NCBI GenBank assembly: GCA_002011125.2
Contig: MTMF02000003.1
Coordinates: 1-25,245 of the forward strand
Direction of reading: 5' to 3'
Length of the DNA: 25,245 nucleotides
Source of the DNA: Candidatus Hydrothermarchaeum profundi
GTDB lineage: Archaea; Hydrothermarchaeota; Hydrothermarchaeia; Hydrothermarchaeales; Hydrothermarchaeaceae
Part shown: positions 24,188 through 25,245 of the stretch, one piece after another
Position numbering within the stretch: the first letter of the stretch is position 1
How the letters are laid out: each line of letters opens with the position of its first letter
The notes under the pieces: generated by a model
What the model was told of the DNA's origin: nothing
Databases searched by the model: none
What the model saw: only the letters and a program-made list of their open reading frames with translations
Translations under genes and position numbers: made by a program

Positions 24188-25237
24188 AATCGCCCTCCAA
24201 CCTTCTTACAATTTCAAGGAGTTTAGGCCTACAATCCATAGGTATGAGTTCAACACTTCCCATAAAAGCCATGTATTGATTGTAAATCCTTTGGGGTGTA
24301 GCCCGATCGTAGAATTCCCTTGAGATCCCAGAGATCTCATGAGCCATGATATACTTTCGGAGCTCATCGTCCATTCTTTGCTCAAGATCCCACTTGGTGA
24401 ATTGCTCGAAGAAATATCTGCCGAACTGGAAGTTTATCCTTTCTCCTTCCTCTTTGGTATTAATATTCAGCCTTGCCAAAATCCTTCCTATTCTGTCGTT
24501 GTCAAAAAGTCTCATCCACCTAGGGTTTTCTCGGTAGGCGTTCAGGTAAACCTCTAGCAAAGGCTTGATCTCTCGATGAATTGGAATGTAATGGTGATAT
24601 ATAGCTCCAGAATGGGAAATCTTTGATTCAATCAGATCGAGGTAATCGCACGATCCATTGAACTTTATGTTTTCCTCTGTTATCTCATCAAACATCTCAC
24701 TCCTTAATCCAGTTGAGCATTTTAGCAACCACATAACCGAATATCTCAGCTTATCTAAGTTTTTGAGATCTGAGTTCAAGATTCTATTGAGAACTTCATG
24801 GACATCCTCAAGAGAAACATAGGGAGTTTTTGATTGCTTGGTTACATTCTTGAACTTGTTTCTCTTTAGGATTTCAATTATGCTATCATAGAGTTCGCTA
24901 TTCTGATAATCAACAGTCTTAAGATAGTCCATGAACTGCTTGGCAAGTTGTAACCTCTGATTTATTTCCCAAGCAGATAAATTATTTCCAGTCGTTTCCG
25001 ATTTCAAACTCCTTATATAGGCAACGAATTGATATATACCATGGGGTGAGAACTCAAATTTTAAAAGATCCCTAATGGTCTTCTTTGCCTTCAGAAACCG
25101 CATTTTGCTAACTTTTTCCTTCATTAGACTGAGCCACCTATCCGACTCTGCTTTTAAGTCGAATTGTGCTTTATTTTCCTCTCTTATATGAGCCCTTACA
25201 AGGCGGAGGTCGCCGGTTCGAATCCGGCCGAGCCCAT
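24171..25237 (-). CDS. int: Int(C): catalytic fragment of the split tyrosine integrase (internal ATG at 25124 gives 317 aa)
   Basis: TGLRSE (R), ESK (K), QFGR (H-x-x-R position), MAH, terminal FY. The frame is open from 25124 upstream through the whole att repeat. Confidence 0.88.
25192..25237 (+). repeat. att site on the partial-tRNA side, 46-bp core
   Basis: Identical to 9-54. Lacks the D-arm and the first bases of the anticodon stem. Confidence 0.96.
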
Positions 25238-25245
25238 CCTATTTT

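Larger units (their letters stand above)
9..25237. mobile_element. Integrated archaeal provirus / integrative element in tRNA-Val(TAC), 25,183-bp circular unit
   Basis: Perfect 46-bp terminal direct repeats, split tyrosine integrase, replication genes, membrane and ATPase morphogenesis block, defence-like cargo. Confidence 0.93.

Noticed and set aside
25192-25237. Second tRNA-Val gene
   Set aside because: Only the 3' 46 bp are present, with no D-arm or 5' acceptor strand. It is the att duplication.

Overview
The window is one complete archaeal integrated element, most likely a provirus. It is bounded by a 46-bp direct repeat (9-54 and 25192-25237) made of the 3' part of tRNA-Val(TAC), giving an excised circle of 25,183 bp. 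Integration has split the tyrosine integrase SSV1/pTN3-style: Int(N) lies at 394->att and Int(C) at att->24171, and the two join in frame into a 468-aa protein on circularisation. The element has four parts. (i) A replication/regulation arm: AAA+ helicase-like gene with an internal iteron-like array, PD-(D/E)XK nuclease, and a divergent RHH/ArsR switch with palindromic operators. (ii) An AT-rich cargo region: a PIN nuclease, a tightly coupled five-gene operon nurA(frameshifted)-herA-1408-aa P-loop ATPase-ArcS-core(DUF5591)-TGT, and a restriction-like nuclease. (iii) A morphogenesis arm of membrane proteins, very basic proteins and an FtsK/HerA-type ATPase, with no recognisable head-tail genes. 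(iv) A CPBP protease and small regulators. The best candidate for an undescribed system is the five-gene operon, which looks like an archaeal 7-deazaguanine (preQ0/archaeosine-type) DNA modification-restriction or antiviral system. TATA boxes, GGAGG/GGTGA ribosome-binding sites and AGA/AGG/ATA codon use point to a euryarchaeal host; Archaeoglobales-like is my guess only. All family calls come from motif recognition by eye; no searches were run.
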